64,000 nt of DNA, taken from NCBI GenBank assembly GCA_965261595.1, contig CBDHDG010000006.1, forward strand, positions 416,001-480,000. Direction: 5' to 3'. The notes under the pieces are model-generated. The model saw only the letters and a list, made by a program, of their open reading frames with translations. It did no database searches and was not told where the DNA came from. Made by a program: the position numbers and the translations under genes. Origin of the DNA: a bacterium (GTDB lineage Bacteria; UBA8248; JACPRG01; G963555815). This document shows, piece by piece, positions 1-10,664 of this stretch (position 1 is its first letter; every line of letters begins with the position of its first letter).

Positions 1-2
1 AC

Positions 3-644
3 GACGAATACCAGGTCTTCGTCAACGCCGCCGGGCGGCCCGCGCCCTATGTCACCCGGTCGGTGTGGAAGGGTTACGGCCTCACCCACAAGTATGCGGC
101 CGCCAAGCGATTTCTGTGGAGGGAGGGGCGGTTCCCGCCGGGCCGGGCCGCCCATCCGGTGGTCCTGGTCTCCCACGCGGACGCGGCGGCCTTCTGCGCG
201 TGGCGGGGGAGGCGGGAGGGCCGCCGGCTTCACCTGCCCACCGAGGCGGAATGGGAAAAAGCGGCGGGGGGGGAGGACGGCCGGTACTTCCCCTGGGGGA
301 ACGAGTTCGACCCGGACCGCCTCAACAGCTACGACGGCGGGCCGTTCGACACGGCGCCGGTCGGCCGCTATCCCTCGGGGGCGAGCCCGCACGGCATCTT
401 CGACATGGCCGGGATGGTGTTCGAGTGGACCTCCACCCCGGCCGAGTGGGACAAGAAGCTGAATATCGTCAAGGGCGGCTCCTGGGACAATTTCCCGGGG
501 GTCACCCGCCCGGCGGCCCGCCACGGCCGTCCGGCGCCCATCAAGCACATCCTCATCGGCTTCCGCTGCGGGGGCGGGTGCCGCCGGAGTAGAGATCAAC
601 CGTCTCCACACAGGGAGACAAAGGTTCTTCGACAAAAAACTTGA
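3..644 (+). CDS. Formylglycine-generating enzyme family (FGE-sulfatase domain) protein, 5' partial
   Basis: Frame is open from the window start. Motifs HPVVLVSHADAAAFC, LPTEAEWEKAA, FPWG, DMAGMVFEWT, KGGSW, IGFRC. Confidence 0.9.
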   Translation, partial: DEYQVFVNAAGRPAPYVTRSVWKGYGLTHKYAAAKRFLWREGRFPPGRAAHPVVLVSHADAAAFCAWRGRREGRRLHLPTEAEWEKAAGGEDGRYFPWGNEFDPDRLNSYDGGPFDTAPVGRYPSGASPHGIFDMAGMVFEWTSTPAEWDKKLNIVKGGSWDNFPGVTRPAARHGRPAPIKHILIGFRCGGGCRRSRDQPSPHRETKVLRQKT

Positions 645-656
645 GGAGTCGGTCCC

Positions 657-1280
657 ATGGCGGAGGAAGCAAGAGGCGCGACGGTCTTGGACGAGGTGAT
701 TCCCGCGAAGGGCTGCCGGGCCCTGACGATGAAGAAGGGCCAGGTCCTCCGGGTGGTGGACGTGGAAGGGCAGCAGGTGATGGACTTCGTGGCTTTCAAC
801 AGCCGGGACCTCGAAGAGAAGCTTTCCATGTTCTGGAGCGACTGCTTCAACGGGACCTGGAAGCTGACCGAGGGACACACCCTCTACACGAACCGAAGCA
901 CGCCGATGTTCACCATCCTGGAAGACACGGTGAAGATGAATTATTGCGGAGGGGCCTTTTGCACGGAGCAGGCGAACTTCTTCCGCTACGGCGAGCACAA
1001 CCTTCCCAACTGCGCGGACAACCTGACCCGGGCCTTCGCCCCGCATGGAATCCTCAGAAAAGACATCGATGAGGCGTCCTGTCTCAACATCTTCATGAAC
1101 GTCGCCTACGATCCCGACGGCACGTTCGAGATCCGGGAGCCCGTCTCGAAGCCCGGGGACCACATCGACTTCCGGGCGGAGATGGACGTCGTGGTCGGCA
1201 TGTCCAATTGTCCGCAGGAGCGGAACCCCTGCAACGCGTTCAAAACCACGCCCCTCGGCATTACGTTGTACGAGTCGTGA
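657..1280 (+). CDS. Urea carboxylase-associated family protein (DUF1989)
   Basis: GQVLRVVDVEGQQVMD, CADNL, NIFMNV, SKPGD, SNCPQ..NPCN motifs; RBS GAGGAG. Confidence 0.9.
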   Translation: MAEEARGATVLDEVIPAKGCRALTMKKGQVLRVVDVEGQQVMDFVAFNSRDLEEKLSMFWSDCFNGTWKLTEGHTLYTNRSTPMFTILEDTVKMNYCGGAFCTEQANFFRYGEHNLPNCADNLTRAFAPHGILRKDIDEASCLNIFMNVAYDPDGTFEIREPVSKPGDHIDFRAEMDVVVGMSNCPQERNPCNAFKTTPLGITLYES

Positions 1281-1357
1281 AATGGTGAACCCGTAATCGG
1301 ACATCAACCTTATCGCCCCTTGCAACGAATCGTTCGCGAGAAATCCGGGACGTCAAT

Positions 1358-2716
1358 ATGACAACCCATGACACCGTCGTTTCCGGCGGGCTTGTTGTCA
1401 CTTCCAAAGGCGTGGCAAAGCTCGACATCGGCGTCCGGGACGGACGAATCTCCGCCCTCGAGGCGCCGGGGAAGCTCAGCGGTCACGAGCGGATCGACGC
1501 CTCGGACCTGCTCGTCCTGCCCGGTCTGGTGGATGTCCACGTTCACCTGAGGGACCCCGGCTACACCCATAAAGAGGATTTTTCGTCCGGCACGGCCGAG
1601 GCCGCCGCGGGAGGGGTCACGACAATCGTCGCCCAGCCCAACACGGACCCCCCCGTGACGGACGCCCCATCGCTCCGCTTCGTCCGCGAACGGGGGGAGG
1701 GGAGGGAGGGGGGAGAGGGCCTATCCCACGTGGACTTCAGGATCTCGGGGATGTGCGTTCCCGGCGAGGCCGGGAAGATCGCCGAGATGGCCGCCGAGGG
1801 GGCCGCCTGCGTGGAAATCCTCATGGCCGACGGCCCGGCGGTGTTCGCCGAGGACAGGGACATCCGCGAGGCCCTCGTCGCCGCGAAGGAGAGCGGCCTG
1901 CCGGCCTGCGTCTACGCCGTGGACAGCGTGACGGCCGCCCTGTTCCGGGAGAACGTCGGAGACCGCAAGGACCCGGAGGCCCAGGCCGACTCCCGGCCCA
2001 ACGTCACCGAGGCGGCGGCGATCCTGAGGGTGCTCCTCATCGCCCGGGAGGCCGGGACGCCTGTCGTCTTCCGGCAGGTCAGCACGAAGGAGGGCATCGG
2101 CCTGCTCCGGATGGCGAAGGTATCGGGGATATCCGTCGGCGTCGAGGTCAACCCGCAGCACTTGTTCTTGACGCGCGCGGACCTGACCCGCCTCGGTCCC
2201 TACGCCGCCGTCTATCCGCCCCTTCGAAGACGAGAGGACGTAGAGGCCCTGTGGGCCGCGCTTCTGGACGGGACGGTGGACTGGGTGGGGACCGACCACG
2301 CCCCCCACGCCCCCGCCGAGAAGGAGGCCGGACGCGAAGACATCTTCAAGGCCCCCGGCGGCCTGCCGGGCCTCCGCACCTCCCTGCCCCTCTTTTTGAA
2401 TGCCGTCTACCGGACCCGGATCGACCTGAAGCGGATCGTCGAGCTCTTATGCACCGAACCGGCGCGGCGCTTCGGCCTCGGCCAGAAAGGGGAGATCCGC
2501 ATCGGCGCGGACGCCGACCTCGTCCTCACCGACCCGAATCTGGAACGCACCCCCAAGGAGCGGCCCGTCTACACGAAGGCCGAGGTCACGCCCTATGACA
2601 GGTTTCCCCTCAAAGGCTGGCCGGTGAAGACGATTTTGCGGGGGAAGACGATTGCCGAGAATGGAAAATTACTCGATCAGCCCTCTGGCAGGTTCAGCCC
2701 CTCTCAAAAAAGGTAG
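1358..2716 (+). CDS. Dihydroorotase/allantoinase-like cyclic amidohydrolase with atypical metal site
   Basis: LPGLVDVHVHLRDPG, AAAGGVTT..QPNT, GTDHAPH, GADADLV motifs. Confidence 0.85.
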   Translation: MTTHDTVVSGGLVVTSKGVAKLDIGVRDGRISALEAPGKLSGHERIDASDLLVLPGLVDVHVHLRDPGYTHKEDFSSGTAEAAAGGVTTIVAQPNTDPPVTDAPSLRFVRERGEGREGGEGLSHVDFRISGMCVPGEAGKIAEMAAEGAACVEILMADGPAVFAEDRDIREALVAAKESGLPACVYAVDSVTAALFRENVGDRKDPEAQADSRPNVTEAAAILRVLLIAREAGTPVVFRQVSTKEGIGLLRMAKVSGISVGVEVNPQHLFLTRADLTRLGPYAAVYPPLRRREDVEALWAALLDGTVDWVGTDHAPHAPAEKEAGREDIFKAPGGLPGLRTSLPLFLNAVYRTRIDLKRIVELLCTEPARRFGLGQKGEIRIGADADLVLTDPNLERTPKERPVYTKAEVTPYDRFPLKGWPVKTILRGKTIAENGKLLDQPSGRFSPSQKR

Positions 2717-2856
2717 GGAATGGGTCGATCCGGAAATCAGGTCGGCGTCGCATCGCCTATCGAATTCGGAGCGGGAGTTCTATCAGGTGCACCCAGTTGA
2801 AATTGCGGCTCCGGTAGATCCAAGGCGAGGTCTCTCCCTCCGTTCGGGATGACATC

Positions 2857-3612
2857 ATGCACACGACGGATTGGGATGAGCGCGAATACGGCCACCGGGC
2901 GAAGGTCGGCCTGATCGTTCCCGCCAACAACAACGTCATCGAGCCGGAGCTCTGGAAGATAGCGCCGGAGGGGGGGGGGGGGGTGGCGTTCTATGCGACC
3001 CGCCTGCCCGTCGAGGGGCAGGTGACCGACGAGACGTTCCGGCGGATGGAAGAGGAATCCGATCGGGCGATGCGCGAGTTGATGACGGCGGGGGTCCAAG
3101 CCCTGGCGTTCTGCGACATGGGCGTCGCCCTGGTCATGGAGGAAGGCTGGGGCGAGAAGCGCGTCGCGCGCATCAAAGAGCAGTCCGGCCTCCCCGCCAC
3201 GACGGGGGCGCTGGCGATGCTGGACGCCCTGAAAACCCTCGGCGCGGGCCGAATCGCCGTCGCGACGCCTTACCCCGAATCCCTACACGTGAGGGCCGCC
3301 CCTTTCTTCGGGCGCTACAACCACGCCTGCGTGTCGGACGCGAACCTCCCCATCCCCGATCCGGCCCAGGTGGGAAAAACGCCGCCCTCCCGCGTCTATG
3401 ACCTCATCAAAGACGCCGACCACCCGGACGCGGAGGCGATCCTCCTCCTGGCAACGGATATCCGCTCGATCGAGGTGATCCAGCCCCTGGAAGATGAGCT
3501 GGGCAAACCGGTGATCAGTACGAATACGTGCCTGATGTGGAAGGCCCTCAACCTCGCGGGCGTCGATGACCCCATCGACGGCTACGGCCGGCTGCTCGCG
3601 GGTGATTACTGA
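2857..3612 (+). CDS. Maleate cis-trans isomerase / Asp-Glu racemase family protein
   Basis: VGLIVPANNNVIEPE, RIAVATPY, LEDELGKPVISTN motifs. Confidence 0.85.
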   Translation: MHTTDWDEREYGHRAKVGLIVPANNNVIEPELWKIAPEGGGGVAFYATRLPVEGQVTDETFRRMEEESDRAMRELMTAGVQALAFCDMGVALVMEEGWGEKRVARIKEQSGLPATTGALAMLDALKTLGAGRIAVATPYPESLHVRAAPFFGRYNHACVSDANLPIPDPAQVGKTPPSRVYDLIKDADHPDAEAILLLATDIRSIEVIQPLEDELGKPVISTNTCLMWKALNLAGVDDPIDGYGRLLAGDY

Positions 3613-3620
3613 GAATCTTC

Positions 3621-3817
3621 GCGGGGGGCGCTTTTTGAAAGGCGCCCCCCCGCACCCCCCCGCAAAACTTTTTGCGGCCAAGCTTTAGCTTGACCTTACT
3701 GGGTTGGGTGTTGGTTGGACTGGAGCGATTGTCTGTGGCCTGCGGGTGGCGTTCGTCTTTGGCTGGATGCCCGTCTGCCTCCGGCAGCCGCGGCATCCAG
3801 CCAAGGGGCCAGTTTTT
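3621..3817 (-). repeat. Structured dispersed repeat, copy A (MITE- or ncRNA-like)
   Basis: Reverse complement aligns by eye with 24744-24974: shared TTGGCyGGATGC...GCATCCrGyCAAAGA stem, AAAGCTyGGCCGCA-AAAGTTTT and terminal GC hairpin with a TTTCAAAAA loop. Confidence 0.7.
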
Positions 3818-3879
3818 AGTCGGTCTGCCAGCGTGAGTCGGAGGGGCTGATCGATTTTGCTTACTGTGCATAACGTGAC

Positions 3880-3905
3880 GGGCGGGTACGGAGACCCGCC
3901 CCTAC
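3880..3905. repeat. REP-like palindrome (GTAG type)
   Basis: GGGCGGGTACGGAGACCCGCCCCTAC; near-identical copy at ~34610-34638 and a related one at ~46967-46996. Confidence 0.6.
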
Positions 3906-4101
3906 ATCCAACAGATGGGTGACGTAGCATAACGACCGGCCTTAAGCCACTAGGAGCCCCAGACCAACCCGTTTGATCTTGCGACAGCGTGCCGCCCTGC
4001 GGGCGGCACGCTGTCGCGAAACGAAAGTCTTCGAGGGGGGGGTTGGGGGGACACACCCCACCGGGTGAAGTTTTCAAAATGTCCCCCCAAGGTCTTAGCT
4101 T

Positions 4102-5031
4102 TCACCCCACCGGAACAACCGCCGCGTCCAGGACGCGTCTCAGGGCCTCCCTTTCTTCCGGGCTGAGGTCCGGCATGGGCGCCCGCACCCGGGCGCTGTC
4201 CATCCGCTCCGTCCAGACCAGCGCCTCCTTCAACCGGGGGACCGCCTTCAGCATGGGCGGCTCGAACAAAGCGTTCGCCGCGGGGGCCAATCGGTCGTTG
4301 ATGGCCTTGGCCCGGTCGATGTCGCCGGTTTGGACCGATTCGAACATCTCGACGATCATCTCGGGGAAGAGCGTGTGGAGGACCAGAAGCGTCCCGTCCG
4401 CGCCGGCCACGAAGTTGTAAAACAGGATCGTGTCGTTTCCGGAGAGGACCTTGACGTCCCGATCCGCCCTCCGGACCGCCTCCAGATTCGCCTCGAAGCC
4501 CTGGGTCGTCCAGGAGGTGTCCTTGATGCCGATGACGCCGGGGATCCGGGCCAGGCGCTCCACGATCTCCGGCGTGTACCGGACGCCCGCGTAAGCGCCC
4601 GCGACGAAGTAGAACATGGGGATCGCTCCCCCGTCCGCCACGGCGGACACGTAGCGGACCACGTCGTCCGGGCCGATCCCCCAGCCGAACCACCGGGGCG
4701 CGAGGAGCATGACGGCGTCGGCCCCGGCCGTCTTGGCCTCCCGGGCCATGTCGATGGCCGCGACCGTCGTGTCGGGCGATGGCGAGATGGCCGCGACCGT
4801 CGTGAACCCGGCCGGGCGGGCGGCGGCGACGGCCAGCTCGATCACCGCGAGCCGTTCCTCCCGCGAAAGAGAGTCGCCTTCGCCGGCGTGGGCGTTCACC
4901 ACGAGCCCGGTCATCAGGCCGGTCCCCAGAAGGAAATCCATCTGGGAGCGGAGTCCGTCGAAGTCGATCTTCTCATCTTCCAGAAACGGGACCATACATG
5001 CGGCGAGATGGCGGAAAGGGTCTGTTTGCAT
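4102..5031 (-). CDS. Dihydrodipicolinate synthase family aldolase/dehydratase
   Basis: VPF....IDFDGL, NAHAGE, GIKDTS (Schiff-base Lys), SGND motifs. Confidence 0.88.
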   Translation of the reverse strand: MQTDPFRHLAACMVPFLEDEKIDFDGLRSQMDFLLGTGLMTGLVVNAHAGEGDSLSREERLAVIELAVAAARPAGFTTVAAISPSPDTTVAAIDMAREAKTAGADAVMLLAPRWFGWGIGPDDVVRYVSAVADGGAIPMFYFVAGAYAGVRYTPEIVERLARIPGVIGIKDTSWTTQGFEANLEAVRRADRDVKVLSGNDTILFYNFVAGADGTLLVLHTLFPEMIVEMFESVQTGDIDRAKAINDRLAPAANALFEPPMLKAVPRLKEALVWTERMDSARVRAPMPDLSPEEREALRRVLDAAVVPVG

Positions 5032-5224
5032 AGCGGGGCATCCTCCTTCTCTGAAGATTATCCCCCACCGGCCATCGCCGGATCAAGCGCGGTCCGCTTT
5101 TGCCTTTTTCGGCCATCACGCAAGCGCGGGACGCGCGAACGATGAGGCCGGCAACGACGGTTCTTCCAAGAGGGTTTTCAGGGTTGGGATTTGGATGCGG
5201 CGGAGAGGCGCAGGCCGGGGCCGG

Positions 5225-6121
5225 TCATTTCTTCAGCGGCCCGCCCGCGGCAATCCGGCTGCCGCCCGTCGTCCGCCGCGAGCGGAGCATCCCGCGCATG
5301 TTGCCGAAGAAGATCGCCTTTTTCACGAGAATCCGGGAAGGGACGTTATCCTCCCGGATGCGGAAGCGGACGGCGCCCACCGTCTGGCCGAACAACTCTT
5401 TCGGAACCGTGATGGCGATATCCAGGCCGGAATGGCCATCCGCTCCGGTCTTGCGGCTTCCCACGGTCACCGTAAAAAACTGGCGTTTCTTTTGCCGCTC
5501 TTTGAACCATTTCCGCGTGGGGATGGAAAAGATCCGGATAACCTTGCCCGGATTGATGGGGCCGTAAACCCCGCGGCGGAGGTTGAAGAAGGACGAGATG
5601 AAATCCTCATAGACTGTGCCGGGCGGTATCCGGTGGGTCTTGAATTCCGTCTCGGCGTCGTCCCCCTTCGACTCGGTGGAGGTCCAGCACATCACGCCGG
5701 AAGCGTAATCCAGAAAGGTCGAGCTGGCGCATTTGAACCCGCCCATCACGACTTCCTTGTGGAATTCCACCGGGACCAGCCGGCCGTCATCGTCGAGTCT
5801 CATCACCGAGCGGTATCGATCCTGCCGAAAAAGACTCACCAGGCCGATAAACCCTTTCGTCCGGGCCGAAACGACGCCTTCATAAAGGCCCCGGTCCGGA
5901 AGATACTTCATCGTCATGGATCCGACGACCGCGTTCTTGAAGATGAGGAAACTGATGTCGTAAACAAGCTTCTCTTCCACCGGCGCCGAAGGGACAAGGG
6001 CCGGCTCGGCGGGGGTGAGGCCGGTCGCCATGATCCATACGATGAGAAGCCATCCCGTAAGAAATCCCGCACGTGATTTTCGTCTCGCCTTGACCATGCC
6101 CGCACCCTTGAACGCCGACAC
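5225..6121 (-). CDS. DUF3108-like exported beta-rich protein
   Basis: Hydrophobic N-terminal segment, EKLVYDISF, YED..S.FF..R, P.RI...IFFG pattern. Start codon uncertain. Confidence 0.6.
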   Translation of the reverse strand: MSAFKGAGMVKARRKSRAGFLTGWLLIVWIMATGLTPAEPALVPSAPVEEKLVYDISFLIFKNAVVGSMTMKYLPDRGLYEGVVSARTKGFIGLVSLFRQDRYRSVMRLDDDGRLVPVEFHKEVVMGGFKCASSTFLDYASGVMCWTSTESKGDDAETEFKTHRIPPGTVYEDFISSFFNLRRGVYGPINPGKVIRIFSIPTRKWFKERQKKRQFFTVTVGSRKTGADGHSGLDIAITVPKELFGQTVGAVRFRIREDNVPSRILVKKAIFFGNMRGMLRSRRTTGGSRIAAGGPLKK

Positions 6122-6574
6122 CTCAATGCTCCGGCTACCTGTAATCCCTTAGATGGCCGGAGCGTAAAAAAGGTTCGGGGATACCCGACCTCGCGATGCC
6201 TCCCGGTTTCGGACCGGCGACCCTTGATGAGCCGAAACACAAAACAACCGGTTCATTCACCCTTCTTTAGTTTCTTTTCGGCCTCCTGTCCCGAACACTT
6301 GAGCGTTTCGCCCACACCGGCTTGCGGCCGCCAATCCGGCCCTGCCCCCTCCCGGACATTCTTTTCAAAGATGCGGCTGTTCGGAACACGGATGAGCGGT
6401 GTTGTAATTCGGCTTGTCGTCGATGTTTTGGGATTTCTCGGAAAAACGTCAGGGAGATGGTCCGTTCCGGGCGGGAATCAATCGATCAGGCGTCAATCAC
6501 CGGGCGGCAGGCATGTTGCCCGCTTGAATCCGGACCTTTCTTCCTTGCCGAATCCGCAATCGAATCCAGACCCG

Positions 6575-8625
6575 ATGAAAATCTTCGGAAAGGGGTGGGG
6601 GACTCTCTGGCTTGCGTTGGGACTTGCCCTTCTAACGGGCATCGCCGTGCTTGTCCGTCCTCCCCTCTCGATTCCTCCCAACTTTGAATCTTACGACACC
6701 CTAGGGTGGAACTTGGCCCGCGGGGCGGGGTCACTTTTAACGAGGAAGGAATCGAGAGCCCCTATTTCTTTCGGACCCCCGGATACCCGCTCTTCCTGGC
6801 GGCCGTCTACTCCCTGTTCGGACACACGCCCCGGGCCGTCTTCCTCTTCCAAATCGGCTTCCACCTGCTGACGGTGATTTTGGTCTATGCTTTGACCCGC
6901 CGATGTTTCGACAAGCGGGTGACCGCGGCGGCCTCCATTCTCACCGCGGTGTTTCCCTTAACCACGATGTATATCCCGACGGTCTTGCCCGAGACCCTCT
7001 CGACCTTCCTGACGGTGCTCATCCTCTGGCTTTTCATTCGGACCCTGGACGGAAAAAATCCATGGCTCGCCCTGCTGACAGGCGGCGTCATCGCTTACGC
7101 GGCGCTGGTGCGGCCGGTCTTCGGGCTGTTTTCCCTTTTCCTCTTCGCGGGGGCTTGGCGGGCGAAGGAGCGGGGCAGAAATCTCTTTCCGACTTTTGTC
7201 ATTCTCCATCTGGGGTTCGTGTTGGTCTGGATGCCTTGGGTCGTGCGGAACTATCGGCTGAGCGGAGCGTTCATCCCCCTCAGCACCGAGGCCCAATATC
7301 AGTGGTGGATCGAGACCTTGAGCGTGGACGACTTTGTCAACCGCTATTGGGAAAACCCCGATTACTACTTTCAAAACCTTATCCTGATTAACCGTTTGCC
7401 CTACTTGCACGACGCCTCCGAGCGCCCCGTGCCCATTCAACTCATCGCGCGCGGGATCGGGCGGCTGGACCCGATACGGCTCCATTTCCGAACGAACAAA
7501 TTCGATCCATTCGTAACGCTGGCCATGTCGCCGGTCGGAGCGGACAGGGTTCAAGCGAAGATCCCTCCCCATCCTCCGGGTGCCCGCGTGAACTATTTTC
7601 TGTCGTTCGAGACCCCTTTTCCCCAGGGAAACCGTTATCGGTATCCCCCCCGTCCCGAAGAGAACCTTTTCTACGTCATCCGGCCCAATGTATTGGGGAA
7701 AATCGACGAACCGGACGTCCTTGACATTCACAACCTGGCCGCGGTCGGCCGCGTCTTTCTCCGCGAAAACCGCAATGCCTTGAAACCGGGAACCATCCTG
7801 AGAGTCAAAAAGATTGAGCCGATCCCCTTCTCCAGCCTCGATTTTCTGATCCAGAAGTTTTCGCTGTTCCCGAAGATCACCTTGACGGGCGTGGAGGCCC
7901 AAGGTCCACAAACACTCCGACTGCATTTGAGCAACGGCTCCAATTTTCTTCTGCCTTTACAGAAGCGCCCCGGGACACTGCGGAATCTGATTCAAAAGGA
8001 GGGGAGCGATTCCAAGCCTCATTTTTCCGCAACCCTCTATCAGGCGTCGCCGGGAAAGTCTGGGGCGACTTGGCAAAGGATGGCTCTCTGCGGATTCGGC
8101 GGGCTCGAACGAATATTGCGGGGATCATACCCCTGTATCCAAAGGATCGGACCGACTGCCATCGATCAGGAAAGCCGCCGAAACCGAGCTTACCTCGACC
8201 TTGCGTGGATCAACCTGAAGAGGGATTTCTGGAAGATTCTTCGGGCATCGGCCTTCAGGATTCCCCGCCTTTGGGTGGTCGTGGGAACGACCAGCGACAA
8301 GCAGGCCTACCAAGTCGGAGGAAGCTCCATCCTGTACCCCCTCCTCACCCTGGGAACCCTGGCGATTCTGGCCTTGGGGGTTTTTGGCTTCGTGATATCA
8401 CGAAAGCGTTGGCGGGAGCACTTGTTCTTGACGACGCCCGTCCTCTACCTTTCCCTGGTCCATGCCCCGTTCCACGTTGAATCCCGATACTCCGTTCCGG
8501 GAAGACCCTTCTTCCTGATCTATACGGCCGTCGCCCTGATTTTTCTCTACACGAAGACGCAGGAGCACTTCCGTCAAAAGCGCCGGCCGGCGGGGTCTCC
8601 TCCGGGATCGCCCGCTTCCCCATAG
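6575..8625 (+). CDS. ArnT/PMT-like (GT-C) membrane glycosyltransferase, frameshifted near 6721-6730
   Basis: N-terminus MKIFGKG...YDTLGWNLARG in one frame continues as GVTFNEEG...RTPGYPLFLA, ETL, LVRP, PWVVRNY, RY..P in another. The shift lies in G runs and may be a sequencing indel. Confidence 0.8.
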
Positions 8626-8676
8626 ATTCCGGCGAACGCCCCCGCCCGTCAAGAAAATCCGGTTCAGGCCGGGCCG

Positions 8677-9660
8677 CTATCTCAGACCCAGGATCTTCGC
8701 CGGATTCGTGATGATCATCGTCCGGATGTCCTTCTCCGGGATCCCCTTCTCGTATAGGCACTGGCAGAAGACGCGGAGACCCTCGTTCGGCAGGGGGTTG
8801 TGGCGCTGGCCGAGGTCGCTCATGAGAATGCTGTTCCGCGCGCCGACCTCGCGGATGGCCGCCGCCATCCGGTCGATGCTCGCGTACCCCCACATCGGCG
8901 ACACCGTGCAGTATCCCCATTCCGCCATCGCCCCCAGCTTGACCATCTCTTTCGTGAAAGCCACGTCCGCGCCGGGCACCTTGAAAAATGGGTGCGTGAA
9001 GAGCATCTTCTTCACGCCCATCTCCTTTGCCCCTTTGAAGAGGATCCGAATCTCTTTCGGGTGAAGGTGGCAGGAGGCGAGGGCCACATCGTACTGGGCG
9101 ACGACCGAGAGAACATCCAGGGCCTCCGGCTTCAGCTTCCCCTTCTCGTTCACGGGGGAGATCCCTCCGTAGCCGCCCTTCACCACCCCCAGCCCTGTTG
9201 ATACAACGGTTCTGGAAACGGGCTTCCCCCCCTTGCCCCCCGCCGGCTTATCGCCGGAGGTCTTCTTCCCGGTCAGCCCGCCCTTCTGGACGTCGTATTT
9301 GCCTCGGGAGCCGTGGGCGACCGCGTGGTTCTCGGCGTCAATGGTGGGCATCCAGACGATCTTTCCACCCGTCTTGCAGGCCGCCTCGGCCGCGCCGGCG
9401 TTGAGGCCCCCGACGTAAAAATTGAGAACGATGCCGCCGTACACCTCGATCCCCCCCAGGGTCCGGGTGACTGTCTGGGCGCGCGAGACCGTGCTCTCGT
9501 GGTGACACTTGATGACAATCCCCCTCATGGACTCGCTCTTCGCGCCTTCGGCCACGCCCCAGTCGTCGGTGAGCCGATCGAACAGGCAGGGATGGGGGTG
9601 CATGTGGATGTCGATGGCGCCTTCAAGCGAGATGAAGTCCTTTGGCTGAAAATCGGACAC
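8677..9660 (-). CDS. Amidohydrolase-related TIM-barrel protein (DUF6282-like)
   Basis: GTG start at 9660 with RBS AAGGAG; GAIDIHMHPHP, IKCHH, GGIVLN, VWMPT, THP, SDLGQ, NPAKILG. Confidence 0.8.
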   Translation of the reverse strand: MSDFQPKDFISLEGAIDIHMHPHPCLFDRLTDDWGVAEGAKSESMRGIVIKCHHESTVSRAQTVTRTLGGIEVYGGIVLNFYVGGLNAGAAEAACKTGGKIVWMPTIDAENHAVAHGSRGKYDVQKGGLTGKKTSGDKPAGGKGGKPVSRTVVSTGLGVVKGGYGGISPVNEKGKLKPEALDVLSVVAQYDVALASCHLHPKEIRILFKGAKEMGVKKMLFTHPFFKVPGADVAFTKEMVKLGAMAEWGYCTVSPMWGYASIDRMAAAIREVGARNSILMSDLGQRHNPLPNEGLRVFCQCLYEKGIPEKDIRTMIITNPAKILGLR

Positions 9661-9746
9661 TATCCGGCTCCTTTCCGGTGGGCGGGCGGTTGCACGCAAG
9701 TGGACCGCCCCTGGGTTATTGGACACTCGGGTGAGGGTATTCGACC

Positions 9747-10664
9747 TCATGCGGCCTCCGCAACTTGAGCGAGTTTTTCCTGCCTTGCCTGGGCCGGCGT
9801 TCGGTAGCCGTAGCCCTCGAGAATCCAATGATGGTTGTACAGGTTCTTGAACTCAAGCAGCGCCCACCGCAGTTCCTCTACGGTGGCGAAAGAGCGCACC
9901 CACAGGAGATTCTCCTTCAAGATGCGGATGAACCACTCACAGTAGCCATTTCCCTCGGGCGCCCGCACGAAGCTGGGCGAACTGGTCATGCCCAGGTAGG
10001 CGATCTCCCGCTGAAAGTCATCGGACAGATAGGCGGGGCCGTGGTCGTGACGAACTTTAAGCCCCTCGGCGACGTCCGCCTCCAAGCCGGCGAAGCGCTC
10101 GGCGACCCCCTGCCGGATCGGCTCCAGGGCCTCGAAGCGGTTGCCGCTCTTGGCCGCATGGATCCCCACGCAGTCCACCGAACAGTGATCCACCGCCACG
10201 AACACCGAGGCCATCCCCTCCTCGGTGGTCACCGTCGTCGTCATGTCCGTGCCCCACATTCGGTCGGGCCGCTCGGTGCGGATGGTCCCGTTGTGGGCCT
10301 TGGGACCTCGGGGTTTGCCCACCCGGTGGGGGGCCTGAAGCCCCGCCTCCCGCATCAGGCGACGCACCCGCTCCTTGCTGGTGCGGATGCCCGCGAAGCG
10401 CAGCCTCGCCCACACCTTGCGGTAGCCCTCGCCATGGAAGGGAGAGTCCTCCAGGACCTGCCGGATGTGGCCGAGGAGTTCCGCATCGGTGCACGGGCCC
10501 ACAGGGCCGCGCTTATTGGGCGTGGGGCGTTCATGAACGGGGACCGCCTCTCGCCGCCGTTGCGCGTAGACCGTGGAGCGCGCCAAGCCCCAAAGGGCGC
10601 ACACCCGCTTCAGGCCGTAGGCTCTGCCCGTGGAGGTGAAGCGGGCCTGACTCATCGCCTCCAC
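9747..10664 (-). CDS. IS3-family transposase OrfB (DDE integrase core)
   Basis: GYRKVWARL, WGTDMT, HDHG, PEGNG..E, N..W......TP motifs. Confidence 0.9.
   Translation of the reverse strand: MEAMSQARFTSTGRAYGLKRVCALWGLARSTVYAQRRREAVPVHERPTPNKRGPVGPCTDAELLGHIRQVLEDSPFHGEGYRKVWARLRFAGIRTSKERVRRLMREAGLQAPHRVGKPRGPKAHNGTIRTERPDRMWGTDMTTTVTTEEGMASVFVAVDHCSVDCVGIHAAKSGNRFEALEPIRQGVAERFAGLEADVAEGLKVRHDHGPAYLSDDFQREIAYLGMTSSPSFVRAPEGNGYCEWFIRILKENLLWVRSFATVEELRWALLEFKNLYNHHWILEGYGYRTPAQARQEKLAQVAEAA

Noticed and set aside
6721..6730. Programmed frameshift or true pseudogene here and at ~13940
   Set aside because: Single-base shifts at G/C homopolymers in otherwise intact genes; sequencing indels are the simpler explanation, though reads are needed.
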